From the NCBI GenBank assembly GCA_002633005.1, contig NMRA01000263.1, positions 203,389-267,388 of the forward strand: DNA of 64,000 nucleotides, given 5' to 3'. The notes below the pieces were generated by a model, which was not told the origin of the DNA, made no database searches, and worked only from the letters and a program-made list of their open reading frames with translations. Positions 12,800-25,250 of this stretch are shown in pieces; position 1 is the first letter of the stretch, and every line of letters begins with the position of its first letter. This DNA comes from Phoronis australis (Eukaryota > Animalia > Phoronida). Both the position numbers and the translations under genes were made by a program.

Positions 12800-13190
12800 T
12801 GTTTATTGGTTGCCAATATGGTGAAATAAAAAATGTTTAGGGCATCTGTTGTTTTACAGTTTATTACACCAGCCGTCATTTATCCGCATAAAATGTGAAT
12901 GTTAAAACAGCCGCGTCATGTTGGAAACTCACTTAGTATTGTCACCACCTTTGCCCACTGGGAGAGCAAAAAAGCAAGTAAAACTATTTAATAAGGTATT
13001 TTTTATGAAGTTTAACATGTGCCAAGATGTGGCCCAGAAGGAGTCTCCTTACAAAGGCATACGATTGTGGGCAGAGGCCCACGTTGTCAATACTTCAAAT
13101 AAATCTCTTGGTAATTATGAATTCCTTCTTAACATGACTCTAGTAATACTTGATCACGTTTTGAAGAACTGTCTTAATAGTTGATCAAGA
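12800..13190 (-). pseudogene. Possible highly degenerate Crypton-type tyrosine recombinase (DUF3504-like) relic
   Basis: Fragments across frameshifts: HLDQLLRQFF ... GKGGDNTK ... AAVLT ... GVINCKTTDALNIFYFTI, in the order expected for Crypton YRs; pattern recognition only. Confidence 0.25.
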
Positions 13191-14671
13191 TGCTTTTGAT
13201 TTCAAAAAGTTTAATTTTATCAAAATTTGTCTATTCATCATAGCTGTGTACATATCTTGGGTAGAATACAGGCTATCCATTTGAAAGTGAGCTTATGGTT
13301 TTTGCTTGGAAATTTTCAACAAGATGTTTCAATTTTTTCTACTACAACACAACCTTTGGTGCAAGCCAGCAGCATTTGTTCATAAGGTTGGTGTTTAATT
13401 ACTTAATGCTGCTGTCGCTCAATTCTGCATAACAGCAACTGCATACAGAAGGCAGTTATTTTGAAACTTGAGTTGGGGAACTTCCATGGAAATATCATTG
13501 GTGGATACTTCTTTTGGGAACATAAAAATTATTAAAAAATTCTACAAACTACTGATTCGAGTTCAGGTTAGCTCAGACTATTCGTTTTAGTTTTACAGAA
13601 TTTGGTTGCAGTTAAAATGCTGCAAAATCCAAGCATTGTCAGAGGCATAAACCAACTACTTTCAAACATTTTAGTCGTTAATTTGTGTTTAGTGCTTCAT
13701 ATTGTTCTAATGAACTAATTTATGGACTTGCTTTGGAAATGATCCAGTATCTTTCTATATGCCTCCCAAGAATAAGCACAATTTTTCAGAGAGAATGTAA
13801 CCAGTGAATTAATAAAACAAAATGTGTGAAGTATGCGCAGGAGAATGGATTGCGCTTCCTATCCATAATTGATGAAAACTGTAAATAAGATATTGTAAGA
13901 TAATACATTCACGATGATGTGAAATTCATCCATCCTTTGATCACAGAATGCGTTTACCCAGTTTTTATTGATCTTAATTACAACAGCCGTCTCGGAAGGA
14001 TTCAGTTCTAAAACATTGTCTTCAAAATTGCGCAGTTTGTATCGAGACTGTCCGAGAAAAAGGAATAAACCATGTGGGAATAAACATCCTCTGCATGCCA
14101 TATTTGTTGGTTCTACTGTACTTATAGTATGTTTTTGTTGTACTTCAAATGGAATTGAGCAATAAGTATACTGCCAATAACATGGAATTGAGCAATGAGT
14201 GTACTGCCAATAACATGGAACTTGTTAAAGGTGCTGCAAACCTACCGCTGTCCAAGAAACTTCCATTGAGACCACTTGCCATAATAAAATTGGTCTCAAC
14301 TTGTTCCTTACTCAAGTAATGATTTTGGCCTGATAAGGATTGACAATTCCTTATTGCTGGAGACCATACAAGGTGAACACAATGACACGGCACCATCAAT
14401 TAATTTGTAAAGCCTTGTACTAACTAAAAAATTACATACGTTTTGACTAACAAAGAATTCGAGACCAATTTATACTGGTTAGTTGTCTGAATAAAAATTT
14501 TGATTCGGTGGCAGAAGGCAGGTTTGTAGCTGTTTTAACGTAAGCAATAGCCCATGCATGTTGTAAGCGAAATAACAGTCTGAGAGAGTTCAGCGAGTTG
14601 ACACGCGATCATAAACATAGTGGATCATACACATAGCAGATGGAAGTTAGCATGAGGCACAAATGTACAGC

Positions 14672-14677
14672 TTTATT
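14672..14677 (-). terminator. Candidate polyadenylation signal of the nuclear receptor (would give a 3' UTR of about 2.7 kb)
   Basis: AATAAA on the - strand at the end of an AU-rich, UTR-like tract. Confidence 0.4.
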
Positions 14678-15789
14678 CAGTCACCCATCATTTACAGTAA
14701 ATCTAGTAATACTGAAACAGTTTTACAAAATGATCACCATCTATAATTGTGGCACAATACTGCTGAGAAGGCTTTTCTCAACAACAAGGCTCTTATTTAG
14801 AAACAACTGCTGTTTTAACCTAACTGCTTCCTGTACCAGATTTTAATACCATGTGTACAAAAACGCCTTAAATTTGCTAGTGTTTCCTGCTCGAAAATAG
14901 ATATCAAAGACATGTCTGTAGAGATTTTCATGTCTTTATGCTAAATCCTTGAAAATCAGAAAGCCAAATTAAAACAAATTGTCATGAGACCGTCCTCTAG
15001 CTTAGCATAATATGCACCTTAGCATAATATGCACCATAAGACAATGCAATTAAGTGTTTGTATTAAAATGGTCGTTTTTGGCATGATTTAAACTGCGTTC
15101 TTACAAGTACAATTAGTTATGTATAAGCTCATAACTGTTATGAATTTGTCCATTTCTGCAACAATGAGAATTAGAGGACATGTCCTTAATTACTCTAGTA
15201 ACCTTGGTAACCTAGTTACCCAATTTATTTGCTTGTTACCATGGGCGACCAAGCATATCCATGTCACTTGACAGAGCCTTAGCAGACTAAAATATAAATT
15301 ATAATACACTGTACATTAGTATCAATAATGACTAGTCTTAATTATCACTATTCTTAGTATTCTCCACTAAGTTGTACATTTCCCAGCAGGGGGACGGCCG
15401 GATGAACTTTGAACTGACCAACTTTGAATGGCCAACAGCGCATCAAAGCTGGAATATACCAAACACCAAAACTTATCCACTGGATAATTTTGTTGCTTAT
15501 CAACTCAAACTCAACGGGAGACCACAGCACATCAATGCTGTTACACAACTGAGCACAACTTCCACCACTCAAAAACAAGAAAATGAACCATTGCTAAGAA
15601 AATCCTTTTACAAACATATACCTGCCGACAAGCAAGTCAGTATGTAGACAAATTTAAGCAAGATGGCACCTGAGAGTAAACTATTTACACGTTTTCATTA
15701 TGGGACACAGTTGCCATAGACAAGCAGAGCAGCTATGTAGCACTGTATTAGTAACTACTCTCCTTGTGCACAACAAACACAATACAGTA

Positions 15790-15945
15790 GTTGTTTAACC
15801 TGCGGCTCATTTATGGGTAATGAGACAGGCCCAGGTGACAGTGGTTGTTAAACCTGAGGCTCATTTCTGGGTAATGAGACAGGCCCGGGTGACAGTGGTT
15901 GTTAAACCAGTATCTCATTTCTGGGTAATGAGACAGGCCCAGGTG
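15790..15945. repeat. ~51-bp tandem repeat x3
   Basis: CTCATTTCTGGGTAATGAGACAGGCCCAGGTG core repeated three times. Confidence 0.85.
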
Positions 15946-17409
15946 GATGATCAATGAATAGGGAAATAAAATTAAACCTGGGCAGCTTTTAAAAAGCCAT
16001 GCATGACAAATCTAATAAACCGATCAAACTGGTTACAATACCGAGAGAGTCTGATAACCACTGCATGACAGTTCCTACACACAACTTACTTTAATTCTAC
16101 ATAATTTGCAAAACTTTTGCACCTAATTTTTGCTAAATACATATGTGTGCCCTTTAAAAAACGTACATGTACGTCATGTAGTGTTTGTTCAAAAATATTA
16201 CCAGTATTTTCCATACAAATCCAGCTTATCTATGAACTTGTGGTCAATTGCCACGCTGAACATTCTACATGTTGGCACTAATACCCTGTCCAGTCCATCA
16301 CAGCACAGCACATACACACCTCCTATAGACGCTCAAGAGTGAGAGCTTGGGCTAAAAACCTGCTCTTAATCGTAAATATTAAGAAACCTGAGAACAAACA
16401 TAACATGTTAAGCTATTCAGCAGGTCAGCCTACTTTACGAAATGTGTTGAAATAATGTTGACCTGTCTGCAAAGATGCACTATAATCTGTCATGGTTAAT
16501 AGATGGCCAACCAGATACTTACAGCCCCACCTCCATCACAATCTAACCATTGATTGGCCAACCAAATACTTATAGGCCCACCTTCATCACAATCTAACCA
16601 TTGACTGGCGAAGTCAGTGTCTGCAGAACATATCAAACACCTGTCAAAGCACGCCATCTCAGACATTAGAATCATATTTTGGGACACAGCAGTTTTCAAA
16701 AACTCAACAGATGCATACTGAAATGGAAAGTAACCGTCAAAATGTGGGCATGGCTCCTTCACAGAGAGTATTCTGGTTTGCAATCTAGTTGGTCAATGTG
16801 TGGTCACGGTAGGAGTAAAGTGACAGCTTGCCTAAATTGAAACAGCTGCGAATGCTTTTCTCCATTTCTGGCGTAACTTGCCTACAAGCTTTCAAAGGCA
16901 CCGGACATGTATGAAAACTGACATTCCAGTTTTCACTTTTTGAAAACTGCTGTTCCTAAGTTATATCATTTACCAACATATCACACTTGGATAAACTGTA
17001 GAGCATTATGCTTTATGGCAGTCTACTCAATAACAGCCTATCGATTAGCAATGAGCGACAAACACGGCACACTCACAGAGACAGGAGATTTGATTCTTAT
17101 CTGAAGTTCGTTTCAGCATATTTCCACAGTAACACAAATCCAGCCACATGGCAGCTTCCCAAACAATACACAACAATTCTACTACATAGTCAAACCTGGT
17201 GTGAAGTAGCCAAACACCAGACATTACGCTGTTCTCATATATTCGTGTATCAGATTTCACTGAAAGATGCACCAACTATATGCGCTACTTCAACAAATCT
17301 GACACAGAGTTCCCACATAACAATCCATCCCTCTATGATCCCTCTGCCTGTCAACATTCGTTTGTGTTGAATTCAATGTAACTGAGTCTATTCACCAGTA
17401 GCAGTGGTC

Positions 17410-18214
17410 TCACACACGCTCAGCAGGCGTTTTTAATTCCAACACCTCCTTCATCAGTGGCTGGATTCCCTGGGGGTTCACCTTGAGCAACACTTGAGAG
17501 TGCTCCTCGTTCAAATTACGAATGTCTGTCAGCTTCATGAGCAGTTTTGGAAAGAGTAAGCGCACATGCTCTATGGGGTACTTTGATTCCAGATAGCGTT
17601 TAAGTAACATGGCATACTTCTCCTGCTCAAATGACACAATCTCCTTGAAGTCGAGACACGGCCGGTCAGGTGAGAACAACGAGATCATGAGCAACAGGAT
17701 CAGTGTCGTCTCATCCGCCTTCAACTCGACTGCGAGGTGCTTGACGAACTTCATATGCTCATCAAAGAGTCCAACTCGTGTTAGCTCCTCCTCTGACATC
17801 GTGGATGTACTGGGATTATCGCTGGCATCCAGGAAGGCATGTTTCTCCTTGTTATAAGACAACACTGAGCGGAGAATCAGCAGCTCAATGCTGCCACCCT
17901 TCAACAGTGCCATCTGCGTCGCTTGCGGTAGACTTTTGAATGTCTTAATCTTTTTTGACATATCAATGACGCGCCGGACACTGACCTCGGCCACGTTGAC
18001 CAGGTCCTGGTAATCTGTTCGTGTGATGTCACGAGGCTGTATCGAGCCAACGCAGATCTCTAACGAGCTGTTATATGCCGACGTCACCTCATCAATCATC
18101 ATCATCTCTTCCATAGTCAGCATACGTGACGGTGACATCGGGTAGTCCGTACTCGTCACGTCACCATTCTCAGTCTTGATGACGATCCCTTGTTTCTCCA
18201 GCTCGCGCACCCGT
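17410..18214 (-). CDS. HR96: NR1J/HR96-type nuclear receptor, last coding exon (hinge plus entire ligand-binding domain)
   Basis: tttcag|A CGG GTG; LBD signature F..LP..TQ..LLKGG.IEL.ILRS, helix 9 LFSPDRP, AF-2-like QPLMKEVLEL; TGA at 17412-17410. Confidence 0.93.
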
Positions 18215-18721
18215 CTGAAACCAAGTACAAAATGCTCTGAACAAGTCAACAGATAGTTTTAAAAAGTCACTTGCAAGCAAAACATTGAGCATTTCTATTC
18301 GAGTCTGTCTCAATCTTTCTTAAAGCCACAATGACAACATAAACTGTTTCTAAGCACTGTCCTATTTCATAATACACTAAAACACTTAAGTGGCACCTTT
18401 TTGCATAAAGATAGTGACATGACATGACTAAATTAGTCAGAAGATATGTTTGCTATGGGCCCCGGGTATGATATGTTTGCTAGTCCGAAGCTGGCTCTTG
18501 GACACTCTGCACTAAAAATAGACTTGAAAATTGACGAGTCGCATGGTACACTTTGAGTAAACTTTCAAATCTATACTTAAATCATGTGGTGTGATAAGTC
18601 AAGTTTCAGGTTGAGTTTGGAGATCACACCAAGGACACAGTATCAAAACAACTTAATCCATTTTGTACCAGAATCAGAGTCGATTTCATACACACTACAC
18701 AAAGCGGCATAAGATGCATTA

Positions 18722-20098
18722 CCGTATTCGCCGTAATAACCACCCTGGGCGTTTAGAAAAGTTCGTTTCGGGGGGGGGGTGCTTATTATAACCCAAGGCC
18801 GTTGAAACCCCATCTCCGAAACAGGTAAAAACGGAAGCTAAGATTCATTACATTTACGCCCTGTGACGTATCTTTAATTTATGAAAGACTTACTACAAAA
18901 TTGTGGTGCATTGCTATCAAACTTTGCTGCTAAATTACCATCATTTTACAGAAAATTGTGCTGAAATCCCAGGGCAAAACTGCCTCGCAATCATCGATAT
19001 GGCGATTTGAATGCTTGAATAAAAATACAGTTTCGACTCAAGCAAATTACTTGAAATCCTCATTAAGTTTTCCAAGTAGTGCCCCTAAGATTTTTAAGTT
19101 CCCGTGGAGTCGGGATTAACGGCAGGTTTAAGTACAAATCTGTGCTACATCATGCCATCTACATGTATGATTGGCAACATGAGAAAAATGTCTGGACGAA
19201 CACATATTCTTGTCACGTCACATTTGTTTTGAAGTTCGTCTGCGTTGAGTAAGCGAGCGCGTGCGTGTCAACAGAGTTCATTTGCCAGAGCAGAGACCGT
19301 CTTTTGGCCAGAGCCATGCAATCTAACGAGCTACTAGATATGCATTGTATCTAAAGAAATTTGCACAAGCAGTAGGCCTAAACCAGAGCGTGTTTCATTC
19401 AGCACTTGCCGACCTCGTGCTAAAAATGTCCGACATTTGTCTTGGTAAGGCCTATATTAGTCGCCGCGTGGCTGGATGTGTAAGTGACAGTTATTTTTCG
19501 GTGTAAGGATGTGTAAGCATTCACTGTCAGTGGTCATTTTATCAAATATTTGGCTTAAAAACACCAATTATGGTTAATCAAATAATTCATTTTAAAAATA
19601 ACGCAAACATTTTATAGTATTAGAAACTATCAGAAATTAGTGCCAATGTTCTTTTCTAAGCTTTTTATTAGTCTTCGATTCGCGGTTTTCACGTGTACAA
19701 AGAAATTTGGATTCCTGTTGAAAGCGGGGAATATCTACAAAGCAATCCTGTAGACAAGTACACTACGTCTGTTCCGAAAGGCCAGACCATTGGTCCTGGC
19801 AAGATCAGCAAAACTTTTGTGTTCGTTTTGAGGCATGGCGGAAGTTTGAAGTCTATAGTCACGGCTAAATACTGACATAGCGGCAAGGCTCATGGTCTAC
19901 AAATTCTGCGCACACTGATTTTTTTCAGGACTGTCAGATATTATTTATAAATTTATGATGTTACTGTATAATTTAAGGACTGTAGGTAAGGCATTTTTCG
20001 TACGTACACGTTCATGGACTGGGCGCTTATTTTAGCAAAGTTTGAAAACGCATGGGGGGCGCTTATAGGGGCATGGGCGGTTATTACGGCGAATACGG
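18722..20098. mobile_element. Tc1/mariner(pogo)-like non-autonomous DNA transposon, 1377 bp, in the last intron of the receptor
   Basis: TA on both flanks (18720-21, 20099-100); perfect 20-bp TIR CCGTATTCGCCGTAATAACC / GGTTATTACGGCGAATACGG; a second family member lies at 54202-56868. Confidence 0.9.
19672..19926 (+). pseudogene. Decayed HIRAN-domain-like ORF carried by the transposon
   Basis: SSIRGFHVYKEIWIPVESGEYLQSNPVDKYTTSVPKGQTIG-PGKISKTFVFVLRHGGSLKSIVTAKY*HSGKAHGLQILRTLIF; the RGxHxY...W.P..GE...N..D..V...GH.P pattern matches invertebrate HIRAN-like proteins. Confidence 0.7.
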
Positions 20099-20354
20099 TA
20101 AGCTGATTTGATACAGAACCCAGGGTCTTATCTTAACATTCACATCATAGTCTCATGGTGGAGAATTTACAATGGTCCCAAAACCTTTGTACAGCATTAA
20201 GCAACAAGACACACAGAAGTAGTTGGCATGAAGGTCCCTGTGGGCTACAAGTTGTGATATACTGATAATCTAATAAAAAAAGTATTTGAGCTGCATTTCA
20301 CTGTCAAAGACAAACACGGGATCACGACTTAACCATGTTTATGCTACAGTTTGC

Positions 20355-20460
20355 CTAGAGCAGCTCGCCCCAAAGCAGCTCCCCCCCAGAGCAGCTCGCC
20401 CCAGAGCAGCTCGCCTTCCGAACAGGTCGACCTAGAACAGCTTGCCCTAGAACAACTTGT
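20355..20460. repeat. 15-bp tandem array (AGAGCAGCTCGCCCC)n, about 6 copies; probably a DNA-transposon subterminal repeat
   Basis: Direct periodicity, GC-rich in an AT-rich context. Confidence 0.75.
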
Positions 20461-20959
20461 CGCCAGTTAGCGGAGTGTCTGTTTTTACATGAAAAGCTGC
20501 AAAAAGGCACGTTCGTAAGAGTAAACAAGGTTTTATAAATCATGATTTCAAAACTACAATGAATCAATCAATTTGTCTGCATCAACACAAAAACGGTGAC
20601 AGAAACTGAGAGTCTACTAAATTTTTGAATGACTAACATAGGGATAGTGATTTTGTACTTGAGCGATGCAATATATACACATACATATACAAAGTGTAGG
20701 AAAAGCAGACAGATTTAATTGTTCATACAATGCATGGTCGGCGGAAAAGCCTAATAGAATGGCTTGCCATGTTTGATGGGAGTTTGTATCATACTTGTGA
20801 CATATCTGCATGCTAAATTACTTTAAGAACCAATGGCTCCTTGAAAAAATCATGGCCTACTCCCATTTGTGTGTGCATCATTCAGAACAATATTAAAATG
20901 GTGATTGAAAGTAGGCAGAACCATACAAAACACAAAGTGGATCTTTAGGCTTTACTTAC

Positions 20960-21126
20960 CTGTTTTCTTCGATCTTTTGTCGTTTCTTCATCCTCTCTTC
21001 CTCTGTTAATATATACTCTTTCCTCATACCAATCTCAAAACACTTTTTTAACCGGCACCGTTTGCAAAAGCGTCTGTTTGATACGTCCATTTTGCATTTC
21101 TCTTCATACGGACATTTAAAGTATTC
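20960..21126 (-). CDS. HR96: NR1J/HR96 receptor exon: second C4 zinc finger and C-terminal extension
   Basis: ctccag|GAA TAC...AAC AG|gtaagt; EYFKCPYEEKCKMDVSNRRFCKRCRLKKCFEIGMRKEYILTEEERMKKRQKIEENR. Confidence 0.95.
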
Positions 21127-21941
21127 CTGGAGAAGAAACAACATACAACAGTTTCCAAATGAACAATTGTACAACAATGTCTCGCTGAATTCAACTGGTC
21201 ATGAAAGCGAAAATCATGAAAACAAAGAAATTAATCAAGAATCTTTGGAGAAGAAGGCAAACAATGTTAATATTAATTCTTCGTAGTTTTTCGATGAGGT
21301 ATTTTTATCTTGAAACTATTACTGTGAACATATCAATAACTTTTTCATCCAAATTTTCAATTTTTTTTAACTGAAAGCAAGGGAACTTGTTCTGGATTAC
21401 TTTGAACACCTTGAAAGGAGTTTGGGAAAAATGCCTCCCTCATTCAAATGATTCTTCAAATGATTCTATGCAGAATTCTGTTTTGTTTATAAAGACTACC
21501 ATCCATTCAATAATCTTTATTATGGGAAGTCACCTAGAAATGGAAATGTGTGCATGATTTTTTTAGTGTACTGTATGGCTGTGAGTTAAAAACCCTAGGT
21601 TACCTTGACATTTACAAAAATCTCATCATATAAAATCATGAAAAACCAACAGCTCAGCTCTTTAATTTTCTTTTTGGGAAGACAAAAGTATGTTCAGCAG
21701 ATGTTGTCAGCAGTAGTGTTTAGGAGGGAACTAATGACTATGGTGTGGCAACTATGGTAATATCTCACCAATTACAGACAAAAATATGAGTCAAACTTGC
21801 ACTTTCTTCATTTCCAAAGGCTTCTCACATTGTTGCCAATGTTAACATAATATAGTCCACTAGTAACTATGGTATAGAATTTGAATAAGACAAAGCATCA
21901 CTTTGGCACTATGTGTCATTATGAAAGATAAGAAATTGAAA

Positions 21942-22136
21942 TGTCTGCCATATAATGTCTAAAACTGGTGAATATTTACCAAAGCTGGTGTTTCAGTTTG
22001 ACGGTGTCTGCCATATAATGTCTAAAACTGGTGAATATTTACCAAAGCTGGTGTTTCAGTTTGACGGTGTCTGCCATATAATGTCTTAAACTGGTGAATA
22101 TTTACCAAAGCTGGTGTTTCAGTTTGACGGTGTCTG
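21942..22136. repeat. 63-bp tandem repeat x3
   Basis: TGTCTGCCATATAATGTCTAAAACTGGTGAATATTTACCAAAGCTGGTGTTTCAGTTTGACGG, near-identical copies. Confidence 0.95.
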
Positions 22137-23616
22137 ATCGGCATCTGCACAGTACTTATACCTTAACAAACTGGTAAAAATGGACGCTTGAATTTGTTTT
22201 TTGTAGCTAGCAGTGCAAATAGATATAATAGCCACCAAAAGATACTACAACAACGAGAAGGGTTGGTAAGTAGAAGAACTGTGACAACTGAGCTTCAATT
22301 CAGCATTTTGTAGAACTAGTAGGGTACCATAGGTTAAAACATTCTACAGGTCAACATTGTTGGCTGAATCAGATAAGGCGGTTAGAGCGCACGCAAAAAA
22401 CGCGATGCTGAGGAAGGAAAAAAATTCACATCAAAGCCGCTTTGATCTGTTGCCAGCGTAGATGGCTCCGTGACAATCTAGATCAATCCAGCATATAATT
22501 ACTTCATTGCACAGAGAGAGCGAAAACAAAAACAGGGAAACTGGAGGTCAACGTTACGAAAGAGCATGCATATAAACACAGCCAACATGCAAGCAAATAA
22601 GCAAGTGTGTCTGAGGTCAATGTCTCTAAAGAATCTGATCACCAGTGAATGACTGACACTGTAGCATTACTTTTAACAACTGACCAGCATGAAGAAAAAA
22701 GTGCGCAGCATGTGAGCACATGCTAGGCAAAACATTGAACAGAGAAATGAACAGGTCTGGCAGTATTGATTTCTGGGTTAAAAAACACTTTGAAATGAGA
22801 TGGGCTTTGACGACATCAAAGAGAGGCAATTGATCGGTCGTCTTGAGAGGAAGTGTTAAACACGCAGTAATACTCCATGCCTATTACTGTAATACGTCTT
22901 TGAAATCTAGATAAAAATCAAGCTCCTGTGAGGCCAATGTGCCGATAATGAAAAAAGTTCCAAGAAAAAAACCAAGATCACAATAATCTAACTAGCTCTG
23001 AAAACTGGATACAATGTCTATCACTTTACAAGAACACGATGAATAACTAGTAAAAGGACAACTATATGACAGGAAACAAGAGTAAAAACTGCGAGGTCGT
23101 TGTGTGTAAATGTATAGGGATCGTTCCACTGGTCAAATAGCACACTATCAACAGAACTTGTTAATGTATCAATTGGAATTAGATGTGTGAATATTAATTA
23201 ACTTCTGAACATGTTTTGACTAGTACACACAATGTTATCCGTTATTGAGCCTTCCTAAAAACTAATGTATTCATAACAGGAATCCAACTCCGTACACAAC
23301 GGAACAAGATTACTTATATTCTGCATAAATTTGAAGGCTTCACAGAGCATGCAAAGCATTGTGTGAAGACTTCCTGGCCTTCACTGAGCATGCAAAGCAT
23401 TGTTTAAAGACTTCCTGGCTCATGTCACCAGTTGAGTGGTTACTTTCCGTTGTGCTACATCAAATAACAATTACTTCTCCCAACCCCACAACAATTAAAC
23501 ACATTAATTAGAAGCATCATTTCAGTGTTGCTTTTTATTGAGGAATGATGTTAACAGTCGAATAGAATGTCCTCAAAGTTTCCAGTTATCAGAAAAAATT
23601 GCTTCAAAGAGCCTAC

Positions 23617-23810
23617 CAGTCCTTTTGGCGCATTCCGCCTGAAGAACGCTTTGCAGGATTCACATGAGATGGCATCAAAGTTGTATCCGAGCGCCCGGTC
23701 TCCACACACGCCGCAATACTTGTCCTCTTTGGACTTGCCGCGAGCTCGCATCATCGGCTCCGGCTCCTGCTCCATCTTCAAGAATACAGACTCCCATAGG
23801 GCATGTAGAC
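23617..23810 (-). CDS. HR96: NR1J/HR96 receptor exon: first C4 zinc finger
   Basis: ctctag|GT CTA...GGA CTG|gtaggc; CGVCGDRALGYNFDAISCESCKAFFRRNA has the ESCKA P-box diagnostic of NR1J (HR96/DAF-12). Confidence 0.95.
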
Positions 23811-23911
23811 CTAGAGTGGAGAGAGGCAGAGTATATCAGACTGACCAAAAACAATATTGACTCCAATAGAACATGTGGACCTAGAATGGAGAGAGGTGGA
23901 GTATATCAAAC
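23789..23911 (-). repeat. Diverged 70-bp tandem duplication spanning the 3' splice site of the zinc-finger-1 exon
   Basis: GACTCCCATAGGGCATGTAGACCTAGAGTGGAGAGAGGCAGAGTATATCAGAC (23789) vs GACTCCAATAGAACATGTGGACCTAGAATGGAGAGAGGTGGAGTATATCAAAC (23859). Confidence 0.85.
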
Positions 23912-24263
23912 AAATCAACATGGAGCACACACATATCTGATACAGTTAGGCTGAACAATGTACAGGAAAAAATTATGAACAATGTGCAGGAAAAATTCCA
24001 AAGGGATGTAAGTCTCATGCATTGAATAAGCAAAATACACGCAAGTCAAATTTGGGATAGACATGTGAACATTGAAATAATGGAACTTTCACAAAATACA
24101 ATGTTTGTGGCATCAAGAACATCAACATAAAAATGTCCTCCCCAAATGCTGACAGAAATGCTTTTATAATCATTCCGAATAATAGACTTCTACCTGCTAA
24201 GGTGATTTCCCACAAAATTGAAATCCATTACAAACAAAAAGTGTGTTGACAAACAGTTAAGCT

Positions 24264-24498
24264 CAGAGGCGGATGTACAGGGGGGGGTCAAGGAGTTCAA
24301 ACCCCCCTTGGGACAGGATCAAAAATAAAAATTTTAAAAAATTTCGCCAGAAAAACAAAATCAGCTTCTAAAAACCACAACAAATCTTACACGGGAGGGG
24401 AAAAACCTCCTCCCGACCTTCTTTTGGCTCGGCGCTACGCGCCTCGGATTCGCTCGAATCCTAAACAGCCCCTTACTGAAAACGTAGACCTGCCACTG
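24264..24498. mobile_element. Short hAT-like MITE with a 5-bp TSD (hAT5-like)
   Basis: Ends CAGAGGCGGATGTAC / GTAGACCTGCCACTG are imperfect inverted repeats; AAGCT on both flanks. Confidence 0.65.
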
Positions 24499-25107
24499 AA
24501 GCTAACTTGAGCTTTCCTATTAACTTCAGTAAACAACATGGAAGTCATTCACTGCATTGTCTGATGAACCAGAGGTAAAATAATGAATACCTGAACAAAA
24601 TATTTTACGATTTTAATGCAATAGGTGCCCTTTTCATCTACCAAAGATTATAAAATCGCACTTTCAAGACACCGCCAAAGTTAAACATTTCAACTAACTT
24701 TATTGATACGTACACACTCTGCAATTAAAACCTAGTTGCGCTATGATTTTAACTTGGGTCCAAGAGGGGACTGAAACGTTACCACTGACTTCACACCTCC
24801 CGAAACATAGACAACAGTGGGAAAGGGCCTTAACTGTACTAAAGCATGTGAGCAATGTATGTAGTCAAATAATGTCTTTTTACTCACTCTGTTATCATAC
24901 AAATGGCACAATTCCAATACAAAAACATAATTTAATGGTACAATGTTATGAATTCACATTTAAATCCACCATCAAGCAAATTGCACTTTCCAAAAGGGGC
25001 TAACACTTTAAAAAAGTGTTAACTTTCTAAATCTACAAAAATTCCAGAAACCTTTCTGAAATGAATCATTACCTTAGGCTAGTTACATGTGTGTAATTGT
25101 TTCGCCA

Positions 25108-25250
25108 ATGTACAACCTAGACATGTATGAATGTAGAAGGGTACACACCACATGTACAACCTCGACATGTATGAATGTAGAAGGGTACACACCACACATG
25201 TACAACCTAGACAAGTATGAATGCAGAAGGGCACACACCACACATGCAGA
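25108..25250. repeat. ~44-bp tandem repeat x3
   Basis: ATGTACAACCTAGACATGTATGAATGTAGAAGGGTACACACCAC units. Confidence 0.85.

Noticed and set aside
17609-17857. + strand ORF overlapping the LBD (likewise 21062..21286 and 23567..23954)
   Set aside because: Antisense shadows of real coding exons
22360-22420. tRNA A-box-like GGTTAGAGCGC
   Set aside because: No B-box or cloverleaf; cannot support a tRNA or SINE
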